Part shown: positions 36,296 to 50,695 of the stretch, in pieces
Layout of the letters: each line of letters opens with the position of its first letter
How positions within the stretch are numbered: the first letter of the stretch is position 1
NCBI GenBank assembly: GCA_002104905.1
Contig: MCFE01000010.1
Coordinates: 124,001-188,000 of the forward strand
Length of the DNA stretch: 64,000 bases
Source: Basidiobolus meristosporus CBS 931.73
Taxonomy: Eukaryota > Fungi > Basidiobolomycota
Direction: 5' to 3'
Translations under genes and position numbers: made by a program
Notes under the pieces: model-generated
The model's input: the letters and a program-made list of their open reading frames with translations, nothing else
The model's database searches: none
Told to the model about the DNA's origin: nothing

Positions 36296-39200
36296 TTAAG
36301 TCTGAACTTCGGTGTAGTGTTGAAAAGCAGTGCCTCCCTCGCACCCAAAGAGTAAATACATGTAGCCACTAATTGTGTCCAACTCTCGAATAAACTCCTC
36401 GATGCTAACTACGTATGCGTAATAATACACGTAGTCCAATTTGCTATCTGCTTCTTCAGGGAGTTTGCCCGATTTCACCGAGTCAAGGTCTCGGATTTTT
36501 TCAACCAAAGTGTGGTGGGCCTCAGCCGCAGGTGGTAGATATGGAGGAAGGGCGGATTTGAGTTTGAAACCAGAGGATATTACATACAAATAGAGCAGTA
36601 TGCTACCAGCCATGCGTCGTCGCTCTCGGCTCGTAGGAAGCAAAAAGTCCTCTTGAACTAGCTGGAACCATTCTTTCTTGGTCACAGCGGTTCTAAGCGC
36701 AAGTAAGCGATCCAATATCAATTGGCAAGAGGATAAGATCTTTGTATACGTGACTTGAGGGAAGGGGCCTTTTAGACGTGGCTCATTAGGCGTCTGTAGT
36801 AGCAAGCTATGAAGATTGAGTAAGCTAATCTGCAGGGAGAACTCAAGCTCCATGAATTCTCGGCGACTATTCTCCAAAAGCTCATTTTTGTTTTTCCTTT
36901 GTGTTGAGCTTAATAGTTGGGAGTCGACGTTTTGCTCTTCCTCCTCCTCTTCCTCATCCATGCTCTCATAGCCATTTAAGGCAAAAGTATAGTAGGAGGA
37001 GGAATTGGTATCCGAGTTATGTTCGTTTGAGTCGACAGGCATAGGAGTTGAATAGACAGCAATGAGCTTTTGATACAATTTGCTTGTATCTCGAAAAAAG
37101 TCGCTTAAGCCTTTTCTAAGTTCAGAACGTGCTTCATATGGCCAGATGTAGCTAGAGAATGAGTTCAGGGTGAGATGAGAGAGAGAGAGAGAGAGAGAGA
37201 CGTCGAGCATTCATGGCACGGCTTACCTGGTCACAAAGAGGCCAACAGTCACACCTACGGACACAGCAATCGCTCGATGGAATGCCATTAAAAATATATC
37301 GATGTCGTCGTCATCCTCGAGGGAGATCACCTTGTTCAGAAGGATTACGTTAAAGGTGAGCAATGTGAATTGGCCTACACGTGGAAAATTGGTGTTTAGG
37401 AATAGGTGCCAACATGGGATTGATATCAAGAAAACCATGAAAGGAAGTAAGAAAGTTGTTTCGGAGAACATGTAATAGAATGCTCCAGCCAAGAAGCCAC
37501 CAAGGAAATTGCATAAAACTCGGTACACTCCAACAACATTTGATGCACCAACGGTGGGCACAAGTATAACAGCCATCTGCAAAAGGGATCAGTGTTGAGC
37601 ATAGCTGATGATGAGAAACAACAGACGTACCGATATTAAGGCCCATTCACCACGATTGGCGCGGAACACCGTCCTCCATTCATCAATAAATGCTGGGATG
37701 GAGAGGACCATGGCAGACACGGCAGTTTTTATGGCAAACTTGACTTCGAATTGTCGGAACCAAGAGAAGAACCCCCACAGTTGGGTGGTGAGTTTATGAC
37801 GCAATTTGGTTGGAGGGCTGTCGTGCTGCCCTAGCGCATCGGAAAATTGTGGCACCATGGATGGGGCCGGTGTCTTGGCTTTTCCTAATACCATTTAATG
37901 GACTGTCCTGAGTGGGATGCAAGTCAACAACTTACTGGACATTATGCGGCGACGTTGAATCTTTTTCCACATCCTTCGAACCCACCAAGATAATACCACG
38001 TATTTCCGCTGCTCTATCTCTACCCCCCGCTGCTCCTCTTCCAAATCCTGAACTGCACCAACGAGATGGATCAACTCCTTGGTGAACTCTTGTAAACTGA
38101 ATACAAAGAAATACACAATAAACACGTTTTCATTCGGCTTCCCATTGACGCCTCGCTGCTGATAGATTTGTGCGACAGCCAGGTTCTGCGATTTCTCGAA
38201 ATCTTTCAATGCCTGGTGAAGGTTCTGCTGCAGCTGAGAGAAATCAACACCTCCCGCAAACGTCTCCTCATCGATGGGCCTACGCTTACTGGATTTACCA
38301 AAGGTGTTTTGCATCACAAGAATGGTTTCTTTGGCGGTATATGTGAGAGAGCGGAGTGCGGGGCCCACTATCTTGGTAAACTCGGATAATGTGACTTCTT
38401 GCTCCAACTCCGGATCGTCCTCGATGGCTGGGCCTAAATTCTTGACAGATGGTCCGTGCGAATCAAATCTGGTTTTGACAATGTTTTCCTGTATCTTAAT
38501 GCCGCTGCTCATGCTACCTAGGTGCTGTGTAAGTCTGTTGAGACTCTTAACCACAGCGTTGTATCGATTAAGGTGGCCAAAGACCTGAATATATTGAGGG
38601 TTAGATAGATGCGCATCTCAGAGGTCAGTATTTGTCATACCATACCTTCCAGTTAAAGAACTCTAAGTGCGCTTCACTGAGTGAAGCCTTCAGAGCGGCA
38701 AAAGATTGTCGATGAGCCTGCATAGCAGTTTGAATATCAATTTTGCTATCAAGGTTGGCATCGAGAAGAAACGTCTTCGTGATGCTTTTGAGAAGAAGTC
38801 GGAACGAACTCATGGTCACCGCGATATTAGTTCTGGAAGCAGGCAGGTGAGTATTATGAAGCATACACCATGACTCGGAAGGACATATACCTGAGACTGT
38901 CCCCACCGCTGACCGGCCAAATCGAAAAGGCAATAATCAAACTCACGCACAGTCCTGTGAAGAGCGATCGGATGATATTCTCCAACACAGTGCTGGTAAA
39001 TTCAATTTTCAAAACACTTGTTTGCTTGATTAACACCGCATAGAGCGTAATGTAAGCAATAGATGCTCCAGTATTCACGGTAGGTTTTCCGAATTTTGCT
39101 TTGAGGTATGCGATGATGAATGTTCCTCCACCACAAAATACGATGATGCTGACCAATTTACTAGCTGTGTGATGCTGGTGGCCGTTAAGTATGGATGCGC

Positions 39201-40277
39201 TCTCACAACTACCCCAGGCTATAATTCCACCAATAGCCAACCCAATTATGCCATACAGGCAGCCCTCCAAAAATGCACCCAATCTACGTGCAGGGTTGAA
39301 GAAAATGATGGCTGTGGCGGCCAGATGTGTCGAGGTGTCTCCTAAAAGATTTCTTAGGAATGGAATGAATGTAAAAAGGGTTGCAACGAAGTAGGCAAAG
39401 GAGGCTTTCAGTACATTCTTGTTCTTGGGGGTAAGTTTAAATAGTCTGTTCAATGGCTCGGAGTATCTCATGACCGTGTGCCACACACCTTTCTTACTGT
39501 AACTGTATTCATCATCAGAGTATAGGTCGCTTGAGTTGTCATAAAGATACCATTGCTCAGCCTCATGAGAATTTGGCGGAATCCTAGCAATGCATAAAAC
39601 ATGTAAATTCTGGGAAATAGGTATAAATTCAAGTAGACGGAACATATTCACCTATTTCGATCCGCAGCGGCAGAGCTAGAGAAATTTGGTTTCTTTGCTC
39701 CAATATTAAATTGCCTTTCAAATTCACCATCAGTGTCTTCAACATGTGGGGCGGATATGAAGGACTCTCGATTCCGGGGGATAGAGTCGAATACATTTTC
39801 AGGAGCTGAGGCCTTTCCTATCTTAGTTGTTTGTGAGGATGCTGCGTATGTGAGCTCCCGCTGGATGTGATTGAGTGAGAGGTCATGACCAATCGAACGC
39901 GGGGGAGCAGAACGATGAAGTCGGCGTCGCATGGAATATGATTTTGAGAGCCACTCCTGGTACTGGTCCCATGTGTGTATCGGATGGGTAGTCATTGGGC
40001 TACCCTGAGGGGATTTTTGTAAATGGTCTCTTTTTGAAAGCTTTCTGGCGTCAGCTAGGGAGGATTTATTAAGTAGATCATGTTCTGCAATTGATGTAGA
40101 GGCTTCCTGTTGTCCGTGCCAGCTTGAAGACCCAGCCTCATTAGAACTGTATGATGTTCTGGAAAGGGGATTATATGTAGCTTGTGGGCCAAGATTGGTC
40201 AAAAGCAACTCGTCAGTATTCTCAATTACTGAGCTGGGAGCTTTTTGAACTTGAGATGGTTTTTTAGAACTACTCAT
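36296..40277 (-). CDS. FUSC/ALMT-like (aromatic acid exporter family, Bre4-like) multi-pass membrane protein, multi-exon
   Basis: Successive minus-strand ORFs linked by GT-AG introns: KASFAYFVATLF, FNPARRLG, FAIKTAVS, RGEWALIS, HRAIAVSVG, WPYEARSELRKGLS, PNEPRLKGPFP, ALPPYLPP. Confidence 0.82.
37179..37200. repeat. (GA)n microsatellite in an intron
   Basis: Uninterrupted GA run, inside a predicted intron of the FUSC-like gene. Confidence 0.85.
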
Positions 40278-42076
40278 TCCCTAACGGCTAGCCACTTTGA
40301 GGCTTATTTCATATATTGGAGTAGTCAAAATATCAGGTTATTGGAAGGCCGATAGGTTTGGTATGCAAAAAGCGCACATGTAACATGAACCAAGGGCTGG
40401 TAAATTCCTGATGTACCCTGGATTTCATATCATATCCTTAGGTTGCTCTCCTGAGCATCAGATACAAGTCCATCAAACCAGTTTCTCCTTGAGTAACAAT
40501 GATAATATCGAGATTTGTCGCACAGGCAGATATTTTGCATCAAGTTATCTCTGGTATTAGTGAACGAAAAACACTGCCAAATCCCATGTACTACTATGTA
40601 GGCGGTGTAATCTAGGTAGGGTGCTACTTATCAACCGGCAGTAGTAGTGCAGTTTCATGATTCAAAGAAACAAGGACTTGGGGTTTGTTGTTCAAAGAGA
40701 CACATCGATTGAACCCTGGTTGATCAAAGCCCCCTCTCTCCAGTGCTCAGCAATTTATTGCTTATGAAGTCACCTGGGTTTGAGTGCCTCTTGATACACA
40801 CAATTGCGAGAAAATGTTATGGGTACACATGTTCACCGGAGGCAATTTGACATGGTGTACCCTCACTCACGCATCGCACTAGTACATAATGAACCGAGTT
40901 GTTTAGTTCTGGCATCTACCAAGTATGTATAATATACTGGATCCCTCCCGAACCTGCTTCTGTGCTATGATGCAAGCTAGCATGGAAACGAAGTACACAG
41001 CCCCACCGCGCTCTCACATGCAGGCTATCATTCTGACTGAGCAGAACAAGTGTCTATTCGAAAAACCTTGATTCCCTTATGTGGAAGTGGAGTACCGTTC
41101 ACATTCACTGGTGCTATATAAGCTTAGTGCTAAGCAAAGTTTTGAGGGAGTCCTGGGTGGTACCGCCTCATGGATACATCTACCGAGCCTTATTTCGAAT
41201 TGGGTTGGCGTCGGAAATCAGACATATTGCATCCTCGTTGTATCACCTAATATAGCATGCGTATTATGCCTACAGTGCAAACTGGTAATTTCACACTCGC
41301 TATCTGATACATTAGATCAACCACCCTTTACGATCGGCTCAGAATCTGCGTTGAAGCGTCATGTTGAGGTATCCGAAAGATCATGGCGCTCGATATCACA
41401 CTTGATTAATAGATCACTGATCAGGACAGTTCATGGACAATTATTAAAATCACAAGCAATCATCACTGGAACTGATTAGTGCGCACGCTATGCCGTATTA
41501 ACTGACGTGACTTGGAGTCAATACACATTTATGCCATGACCGAGGCTCTGAGACGACCAGGGTCATATTTGAGGCTCAGAATCCCGATAGAGAGGGCGCA
41601 TGGATACCGCCACCCAATTGCCGAAGGCCTAGAGGTAAGGTAACAGACAAGGTAATAAATAAGTATACTACAACACAAATTATAAAATACTTTCCAACTG
41701 TTTGAAATTAGCACCTCATGCCCAAAGTTCAGTAGGTAAACAACGTATATCAGAGACCCTAAACGCTACGCTAGTCTGGTAGTTACATAGACAAATGAGT
41801 ACGAGAGGAGTTTCATATTCTTTTGCCACTGTCATTGCTCCCGACGATAGACCAGCCCATTGGCTTGTAGCAAAGATGTTGCATGAACTCTAAGTGTAGC
41901 AACTTTTTCATTTGAGAAGGAATTGGAAACACTAGATTTGTAGGCTCTGGTTATGTAACAACTGGTTTCATTAGACCTAACTGGTTAGCAAATATAAAAG
42001 GATGGAGCACTGATTCACAGTCTTTGCGTCAACTTCCATCGGTTAGCTTTCCACTAAACCGAATCGATCTTTCAAC

Positions 42077-42986
42077 ATGGACTTCCGTGAAATCTTTGCT
42101 ATGCAGTTCAGCACAGCTCAAGAAGCATTCGAATGGTGTCAACAGTTGGCAAAAAAATGTGGGTTTGGGGTAAGAAGAAGAACATCCAAAAGCTCCACAA
42201 TATACATCGTTTGCTCGCGCGAGGGGCGTCCTGAATCAAAAAAGAACACAGTCCGTAAGCGTAACAGAACATCGGAAAGGTGCAATTGCGATTGGCGTGT
42301 CGTGCTCTATCTCACCGATAAGAAATTGTGGGAGTTTCGCGCGGGCAAATGCATGATTCACAATCACTGTCTATCTTATGAGATGAGGTATGTAGAAACA
42401 CACCAAAAGCATTCAATTCAATTGCTCAACAGGTTTATAAATCAAGCTCGAGAAGCCGAACCAAGTCGTTGGATACGGAGCATCGGTCCCACGAAAGTCA
42501 ATTTACCTATCCTTCGTCCAGCATGAGCCCCCCTCCCTTTGGATCGCAAACTCCACAACTCAGCCCTATTACCAAACTCTCTAAGCCTCGGTTAGTTCCG
42601 CTCACTGATCTTACACAGAAGTATCAGGTTTCCTCGTTTCAGAGTTTCCAGCATTCGAGTAATTCTGCGCATTTTGACTTCACGCCTCCTTCCGGGAATC
42701 TTTGCACTCCAACCTCAACAAACAACCCCTCAGTAACACAGAAATCGCGCTCATTCGAGAATCTTCCAACAAAGCTCCCTCCTATTGCCACTCCGCCGCT
42801 TGAGCATGCAAACCCAGGATTTGAGTCGGTTGATTCGGATATGAGTGAGGAAGAGCCACCTTCACGAGGTAAGTGAAATAAGACGACCAAATTAGGCGAT
42901 AGCTAATACCTATTGAAATCACAGCCGTAGTGTGTCCGAGTGCAAGCCGGTCGTTGGCCTTGGAATTTATCCTCAACAAACAGTGA
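42077..42986 (+). CDS. FAR1-type (WRKY/GCM1-like, MULE-derived) DNA-binding protein, 3 exons (introns 42388-42446, 42869-42924)
   Basis: FSTAQEAFEW...GFGVRRRTSK...IVCSREG...SERCNC.W...HNH FAR1 pattern; Ser/Pro-rich tail; spliced end LALEFILNKQ. Confidence 0.75.
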
Positions 42987-44235
42987 AACGTCGGTACTTG
43001 TGCTGGTCCTTCATCCACATCCAATATTTGAGTAAGGCCAAAACTATATATCCACTATGTAAAAACCGTCGTACATAAATTGCGCACAACTAGATTATCG
43101 GTTTCCACCAACGATTAATCAGCACCCCCCTCCCCCGAAGCCGCCCCCATGGTTTCCCACTTTAGATCAACGATTTCTGTACAGTTCTACTCTTCTGGGA
43201 TGATTATGAATAAAAGATCAGTTTATAAACGCGAGAGGAACCACAATACCCCAAGGTATAGACATATTTTGGGACCCCTTGAGCAAGACCTACTTACCAG
43301 ATACTTTTCAGAATACATTAACAATAACCCTTTCCACAGACGGGCAGTAGATTTCTGAGCAAGGAGCTAGATACGTTAGCTACAGTCAAACCAAACCAAA
43401 CATTAGCTAGACACCAATCCCCGGTCAGCGTAGCTCGGGTTTACCCCAAGCTCGTCAAAGGATCGTGCAGCTATCTCCCTACGCAAATCTAAGGAGGTGG
43501 ACATGGGCCTTCCTGAAATCATCAATCATCACCACAAGCCTAAAAGAGTATTCTCGTCTGATTACGCTGAATTACTAATTCAGGGTGACTACTTCGTTCA
43601 TCACCTAGAATCCAGGCGGCCACCCTATTTGGATCATAACGGCCACTTTTCAATCCGCTTGCTAAAATTTCATAATGAAGCAGGGATATGATTCTTCAAC
43701 ATTTTTAGCAATATCCCTCAATCATTGATGTTGATTCGATCTCAGTTGGCCTTTTCACGCACTTTCAATTCATTTGACATGTTGATCACACGTTCAATTG
43801 TGTACAAATGCTCCACGGATAAGGAAGATGAAGAGACTCAAGTGGTGTCTATCATGGATTTAAAGAAACGATAAATAAATTGTGGAAAGTCGATAATTTT
43901 CATCCTATTAGCTACGTAAACACCCCCGTCATTCTGGAATCTGATATTAATGAATCGATTGTTGAACGGAAGAATAATTCCGTGATTTACCACCTGATCA
44001 ATCGATATTTTGTAGATAGAATAGAGATTACATAATATCCAGAGACTAACCAAAACTCTGAAATGTGAGATGAAAAAAAACTTTTTTGTTGATGTATCCT
44101 TTAGTCACCTGATCTCATATTGCGGTAAAACTGAAGAGCCCTCATCAACATGTTGCACGCCACCATAGGCTCTTGTAATAGTGGAACGGTCAAATATCTA
44201 GATACTTCGTCTCACCAATCTCAAGTCAATTGACA

Positions 44236-47200
44236 ATGAATCAATTCCAAGAGGCAGCCTCACAGGATGCCGATTTTAGCTATCTTGAATTTGGTGGAGA
44301 TACTCAAGGTTCGCAATACGATTATCAAGATTTTACGTTAAATTCCCAACTTAATACACAGCTTGACGATGCTGATGGCGCATCCAAGTTCATTGAGCCT
44401 GAGCTGTCTTTAGCTTCCTTGTCCTTGGGATCCCCTTCTCAGTCCCAGGCTCTTGATGAATTGGATCGTCGGGGGCAGGCTGATCAATTCACCTTTGAGG
44501 AAACGGACGATTATGATCTGGCACTGGATCAGGACATGGCTGCTAGAAATTTGCCACCCCATGCTTGCAGATACTGTGGTATCCATTCGCCAGCTTCAGT
44601 GGTAAAATGTATGAGCTGTAGCAAGTGGTTCTGTAATTCACGTGGTAATACCGCTGGATCGCATATCATTACCCATATGGTCCGTGCAAAGCACAAGGAA
44701 GTCACCTTGCATCCTGATTCCCCTCTTGGCGAAACCACTCTTGAGTGCTACAACTGTGGTTGTAAAAATGTGTTCTTGCTGGGCTTCATTCCGGCCAAGA
44801 GTGATACCGTAGTTGTTTTGCTGTGTAGACAGCCATGCGCTTCTATGCCTAGCAGCAAAGATATGAACTGGGATACTTCTCAATGGCTTCCTCTTATTGA
44901 TGATCGCTCATTCTTAAGTTGGTTAGTGAAAGTGCCGTCGGAGCAGGAGCAACTGAGAGCTCGTCAGATCAGCGCCCAGCAAATCAACAAACTAGAAGAG
45001 CTATGGAAAGACAATACCGAGGCAACCCTAGAGGATTTGGAGAAGCCTGGTGTTGACGATGAGCCACATCCAGTTCTTTTGCGCTATGAAGATGCATACC
45101 AATACCAGAACATTTTCGGTCCGCTTGTGAAGATGGAGGCCGACTACGATAAAAAGCTCAAGGAATCCCAAACCCAGGATGATGTTGTTGTTCGTTGGGA
45201 TATGGGCTTGAATCAGAAGCGCATTGCGTGGTTTAATCTTCCCAAATACGAGCTTGGTGAAGTTCGCTTGGCTGTTGGGGACGAGTTGAGGTTACGCTAC
45301 CGTGGTGAGCTCCATTCTCCTTGGGAGAGTGTTGGCCACGTAATTAAGATTCCTGATAATGTTAGTGACGAGGTCGGAATCGAGCTAAGAAGAAATGACA
45401 ACACTCCAATTGATTGCACCCACAACTTTTCAGTTGACTTTGTGTGGAAATCTACCAGCTTCGATAGAATGCAGCTTGCGATGAAGACCTTTGCGTTGGA
45501 CGAAACCTCTGTGAGCGGATATATCTACCACAAATTGCTTGGCCACGATGTCGAGCCACAGATCCTTCGAACCCAAATGCCTAAGCGTTTCTCAGCGCCC
45601 AATCTCCCCGAGCTGAATCATTCCCAAGTGTACGCCGTGAAGAGTGTCTTGCAGAAACCATTGAGTTTAATCCAAGGACCTCCCGGAACCGGTAAAACCG
45701 TTACATCCGCTTCAATTGTTTACCATCTAGCCAAGATGAATCCAGGCCAAGTCCTGGTATGCGCTCCCAGTAACGTTGCTGTTGATCAACTTACGGAGAA
45801 AATCCACGCTACGGGACTGAGGGTCGTTCGTTTGACTGCTAAATCCAGAGAAGCTCTCGAAAGCCCTGTATCTTTCCTCACTCTTCACGAGCAAGTTAGA
45901 AATAACGATACCCATCCTGACTTACAGAAACTCATTCAACTCAAGACTGAGCAAGGTGAATTGAGTAGCAGTGATGAGAGAAAATACAAGATGTTGAAGC
46001 GAGCATGCGAGAAGGAAATTCTTCAAAATGCTGACGTGATTCTTTGTACGTGCGTGGGCGCTGGTGATTCTCGTCTAGCCAAGTTTACCTTCCGTACCGT
46101 GTTGATCGATGAAGCTACACAAGCAGCCGAGCCCGAATGCTTAATCCCGCTTGTTCTTGGATCGAAGCAAGCCGTTTTGGTGGGAGATCACCAGCAATTA
46201 GGTCCAGTCATTATGAACAAGAAAGCTGCTCGTGCTGGATTGTGTCAATCGCTATTTGAGCGTCTTGTTATCCTTGGCATCCGACCAATTCGTTTGCAAG
46301 TTCAATATCGTATGCACCCTTGTCTATCAGAATTCCCCAGCAACATGTTCTACGAAGGAACATTGCAGAATGGCGTTACCACCCAGGAAAGATTGCGTAA
46401 AAATGTTGACTTCCCTTGGCCTGTTCCTGAAACACCCATGTTTTTCCATACCAATCTTGGTCAAGAAGAGATCTCCACTAGCGGAACATCTTATCTGAAT
46501 CGAACTGAGGCTTCTAACTGTGAGAAGGTGGTTACCAAGTTCCTGAAAGCAGGTATCACGCCCTCTCAAATTGGTATCATTACCCCTTATGAAGGACAAA
46601 GAAGTTATATTGTCAGTTACATGCAGTTCAGCGGATCACTTCGCAAGGACCTATACAAGGAAATTGAAGTTGCTAGTGTTGACGCTTTCCAGGGCCGTGA
46701 AAAAGACTATATCATTCTCAGCTGTGTCAGAAGCAACGAACATCAAGGCATTGGTTTCTTGAGCGACCCTAGACGTCTCAATGTCGCTCTTACTAGAGCT
46801 CGATATGGAGTGGTAATTCTTGGAAATCCAAAGGTACTCAGTAAGCACCCATTGTGGCATCACCTTCTAGTCCATTACAAGGAAAACGGATGTCTAGTGG
46901 AGGGACCTCTTAGCAACCTCAAAGTCAGCATGATCCAATTCAGCCGTCCAAGAAAAGCCTACACCCACAATGACAAGTTCAAGCACACCCTGATCCATCA
47001 AGTTGACGCGCGAGAGGCGTTCGCCAAACCTCCACTTGCTAGTGATCATCGACGTGGTGGAAGATACAACGACAGTTTCCTTAGAACGCATGACCCCATC
47101 GGATACATCCCCTCGGATCAGATGGCTGCATCATTTTCATCGCAGTTTACAATTCCCTTGCTCCCTACGCTGAACGGTCCTTTCAGTCAAGATCTTTCAC

Positions 47201-47511
47201 AGACCGGAAATGCCTCCAGAAAAAACACTCAGCCTGTGAACAATATGTATATGAATGCTTACGGCTCGTCGCAAGGACCATTCACCCAGAATGCCTTCAA
47301 CAGCCAACTTTCAACGGGAATTGGATTCTCCCAGTCTGATCGATTAAGGATGCTGGCAAACGCGGGATCTTTGATGTCACAAGATGCCACTGGTTTCATG
47401 GATGGCTACAAGTCCCAAACTGACGATGCTCTATTGAGTCAAGATGCTTTCGATATGTCTTCCCAGGCGAGATCCGAGGCCTTCCAATCTCAAGGCTTTA
47501 CCCAGTTCTAG
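44236..47511 (+). CDS. UPF1: Nonsense-mediated decay RNA helicase Upf1 (intronless)
   Basis: [11 protein letters not shown] domain, [11 protein letters not shown] Walker [38 protein letters not shown]. Confidence 0.98.
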   Translation: MNQFQEAASQDADFSYLEFGGDTQGSQYDYQDFTLNSQLNTQLDDADGASKFIEPELSLASLSLGSPSQSQALDELDRRGQADQFTFEETDDYDLALDQDMAARNLPPHACRYCGIHSPASVVKCMSCSKWFCNSRGNTAGSHIITHMVRAKHKEVTLHPDSPLGETTLECYNCGCKNVFLLGFIPAKSDTVVVLLCRQPCASMPSSKDMNWDTSQWLPLIDDRSFLSWLVKVPSEQEQLRARQISAQQINKLEELWKDNTEATLEDLEKPGVDDEPHPVLLRYEDAYQYQNIFGPLVKMEADYDKKLKESQTQDDVVVRWDMGLNQKRIAWFNLPKYELGEVRLAVGDELRLRYRGELHSPWESVGHVIKIPDNVSDEVGIELRRNDNTPIDCTHNFSVDFVWKSTSFDRMQLAMKTFALDETSVSGYIYHKLLGHDVEPQILRTQMPKRFSAPNLPELNHSQVYAVKSVLQKPLSLIQGPPGTGKTVTSASIVYHLAKMNPGQVLVCAPSNVAVDQLTEKIHATGLRVVRLTAKSREALESPVSFLTLHEQVRNNDTHPDLQKLIQLKTEQGELSSSDERKYKMLKRACEKEILQNADVILCTCVGAGDSRLAKFTFRTVLIDEATQAAEPECLIPLVLGSKQAVLVGDHQQLGPVIMNKKAARAGLCQSLFERLVILGIRPIRLQVQYRMHPCLSEFPSNMFYEGTLQNGVTTQERLRKNVDFPWPVPETPMFFHTNLGQEEISTSGTSYLNRTEASNCEKVVTKFLKAGITPSQIGIITPYEGQRSYIVSYMQFSGSLRKDLYKEIEVASVDAFQGREKDYIILSCVRSNEHQGIGFLSDPRRLNVALTRARYGVVILGNPKVLSKHPLWHHLLVHYKENGCLVEGPLSNLKVSMIQFSRPRKAYTHNDKFKHTLIHQVDAREAFAKPPLASDHRRGGRYNDSFLRTHDPIGYIPSDQMAASFSSQFTIPLLPTLNGPFSQDLSQTGNASRKNTQPVNNMYMNAYGSSQGPFTQNAFNSQLSTGIGFSQSDRLRMLANAGSLMSQDATGFMDGYKSQTDDALLSQDAFDMSSQARSEAFQSQGFTQF

Positions 47512-48944
47512 GTAACTTAGCTGTCCTCAAATATTTTTCGTTACCTCCTTCGTCGAACAAATGAGGAAGTCGATATCATCGTGTAGCCGTCATCGGATGT
47601 CGGACATCAGCTTGATTCACAACCAAATCAACGGCGTGCCCTTCTCCTTTATTCCTGCTGGTATAACAAAGACCTATTTTCTTCTTGATGCCAATTATGT
47701 CTGTTCTACAAACTCTCGTCACTTTTCTTTCGCGCTGATCTAGTCATTTCTGGGCATATACCGCGCCTCTGCCTAACATGCAGCCATGGCCTGAACTCAT
47801 CCTCGCTTTTCCCGAATCGTCGGATGAGATGGCCGAATATCTGCCTATCAATGGGGTGAAGTGGTCCATGGATGCTAAGTTTTTTGAATCAGAAACCCTG
47901 CCTACAATACATAAACTCTTGCAAGCTTTGGTTTAAGGTGGACCCGTTTATTCAGGCCGTGTGGGAGGAATAGCAACACATCCACCCACTCTCTCAATCA
48001 ATAATGGATTACATGGTGTCCAGGTAGAAATGATTCATCGAATCACACTTAGATAAACGAATAGATTAGGAAACAAGCAAAATGGAACAGCTAACGGCCA
48101 GGGAATAAAATATGCATTGCTATATAATTTTCACGAATAGTTGGTTCTACCAGTCAGTTTCACACTCTCTTGAGAAACCAAGATCGACAAGGCCAATTTG
48201 ATGGCAAATTGGGTGGAGGATCAAGCAATGGAAATGTCAAATCGAGGCTTCCCTGCTTCAAAGGTCCATGATTGAGACGAAGGCCTCAATTTAGCAATGA
48301 TACGTTCCAGTTGTTTCAAGCAAATCATTTGAGCAGTATTCGCAATGTGCTTAGAGAGAGCCATCATATTGTTCATGTGTTCTCAAGTACGGGTTGATCT
48401 AAAGGGAGTGTGCTCACGCACAATTGCAACCTTTCATAGGGGTATGCGAGAAACTTAACCCAGCACTACCAGGGAGTGGAACCATGGAGGCGTGCTGTAC
48501 TCACACAAATGGGCTAAGGTATAATTCACATTATGCATCAGATGCTATTGTTGACAAGATAGCTAATACCACGCTACATTCACATTGTATCAGATGTCCT
48601 CCATTCGGCGCAACAGACTAAAGTCTGAAGAGACCACGGATGAATCTGGCAAATCTGTTGGTCACAACCTTCACAGAGACAAATACAGATGTAAGAATAA
48701 GACATGTTTTTACCATGTCGATTAGGAGGTAGTAGGTCAATATCTTGGGTTGGTTTGAGGCTGTAAATTAACAGTCTCGCTTCTCCTATACAATGATCTC
48801 ATACTGATTCGGTCTCCTGTGATTGTTTAGGATTATTGTCACCTTTTGATACCAATAAGCTGAGGCTGCCTTGCGCAACCACATATATATAAACGCAAGC
48901 ACAATCTTCGCCTTGACTTTGGCTAACTGACGTCCACAAACACC

Positions 48945-50012
48945 ATGGACACCCAACCGACGCATATCTCTACGCAGCTTCAAATGTTGTTCAACTCGAA
49001 CACAAGCATGGCCATCGTAGCCATGGTCACAGTGGTCTTCGTAAACAACACGTACCATGCCATACGCTTGCTCATAAGCAACCGAAAGCCCATGTACATC
49101 CTGAATTTCATCCAGTCGTTGCTGGGCGCCATAACCAACATTACCATGATCGTGACCTTTTTCTATTACGATCGGTTCTGCCCGGTGCGAATCTATTTTG
49201 CCGCCATACTCAACCTGATTTCCACCTCTTCCATCGAACTGATCCTACTCTCCAAAGCGTATTACGGATCAACCAAGGCGAAGAGCATACTACTCCTGGG
49301 TGCAGTATGTGAATCGATCCGGGTGGCAGCTGGAATACTGAATCTGGTACAGATGGAGCCTGTAACTACCTCGTTGCGCACATGCGATACTAGAGTCAGC
49401 CCCTTGGGTGCAATATCAGTGGTGGCAACTGAACTACTTGTCAACGGGTTCTTCTCGGTCTTCTTCTTGTTTAGAATTTATAATCTGTGGAGGTTCACTC
49501 CCACTCGCCTATATGTCACTCTACTGACTGATGGAACGTTCTACTGCCTATGCACGGCCACAGTCAGTGTATTGATGATCGTCTTGGCCATGTCGAACGT
49601 CTTGAGCGAGCAGTCATCCATACTCTTCAACATTAGCTGTACGTGATTATAGATCCACTATACTACTTTGGATTCGCCCTAATTGAATTCTTTCCATGTA
49701 GGGGTGGTCGCCTCAAAGCTTACTTCAGAACAATTAATCCATACACACAAACTTAAGGTTACCAGCCAATCCAACAGGAAAGCAACCGACCCTTCCTCAT
49801 ACGATCAACCTAGTAATCAACCAACTAACCCTAGCCACAACCAAATTAACAAACCAGCAAGTGTTGATCATTGGACCGGTCAAGGCAGTGAAAAGGTGAG
49901 GCCTGACGAGTTCAGCCTTGACATCGACCCAATCGCAAGCCAAACTCCCGTAGCACACGTTCACACTGGGCTCACTCCCCCTCCGCGACCTTCACCAATG
50001 TCGAAAGAGTGA
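48945..50012 (+). CDS. 7TM GPCR-like membrane protein, 2 exons
   Basis: About seven hydrophobic segments, extracellular Cys pair (RFCP, RTCD); splice NIS-W-VVASKL across a GTACGT...TAG intron; hydrophilic C-terminal tail. Confidence 0.7.
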
Positions 50013-50695
50013 AGGTATGGGCCCAAACTACGGGTTGAATCCCTAAACCTCATTAAACAATCATTGGGAATTCTTGTTACAACCGACCCACTCTTACCAA
50101 CTGTTTCAAAGTACGTCTTTTCCCCCTGTTTTATTTTGTAATGTAAACGAATATCAGTAAATTGGAGCATTGATGGTCAGAATACAATATGTTAGTGATT
50201 CGTTCAGTACCTTTCAGAGCTTATGCCACGTTCTGGTGATATATATATATATATAGTTGCCCGGTGCGTCCATATTGTGTAATTATGCAGCAGTTTCCTT
50301 CATGAGGAGAGCTGCGGCAGCATCGAAGACCGCGTAATTTGGACACAGTCACAATCACTTGCTTGATTACCGAGAGTAACCAGTTGCTCGAACATGCAAT
50401 ATCATTGAGCTTTCGAATGGAGTCAATATTTCATCAACCATCGATCCCATACGGCAATTTTTAAGACCTCAATCAATACCAACAAATTGCAGCAGGAAAA
50501 ATGAGAAAAAATCACTTCACCATCATTTGGATTGACAGGCCAACGCCGTTGTATCAGAGGATAAAGACCAAGTGTTGGATATATGTACAGCTTCAACAAC
50601 CTCAAGTGAAAACTCCCTTGATCTTCACAAACCTTTTGCTTGCGAATCATTTGCCCCGCGTCGACTCAATTAATTGATTGCTTTCATCGAGTCGT

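Noticed and set aside
41081-41479. 132-aa ORF with a CxxC motif
   Set aside because: No further family motifs or gene context to support it.
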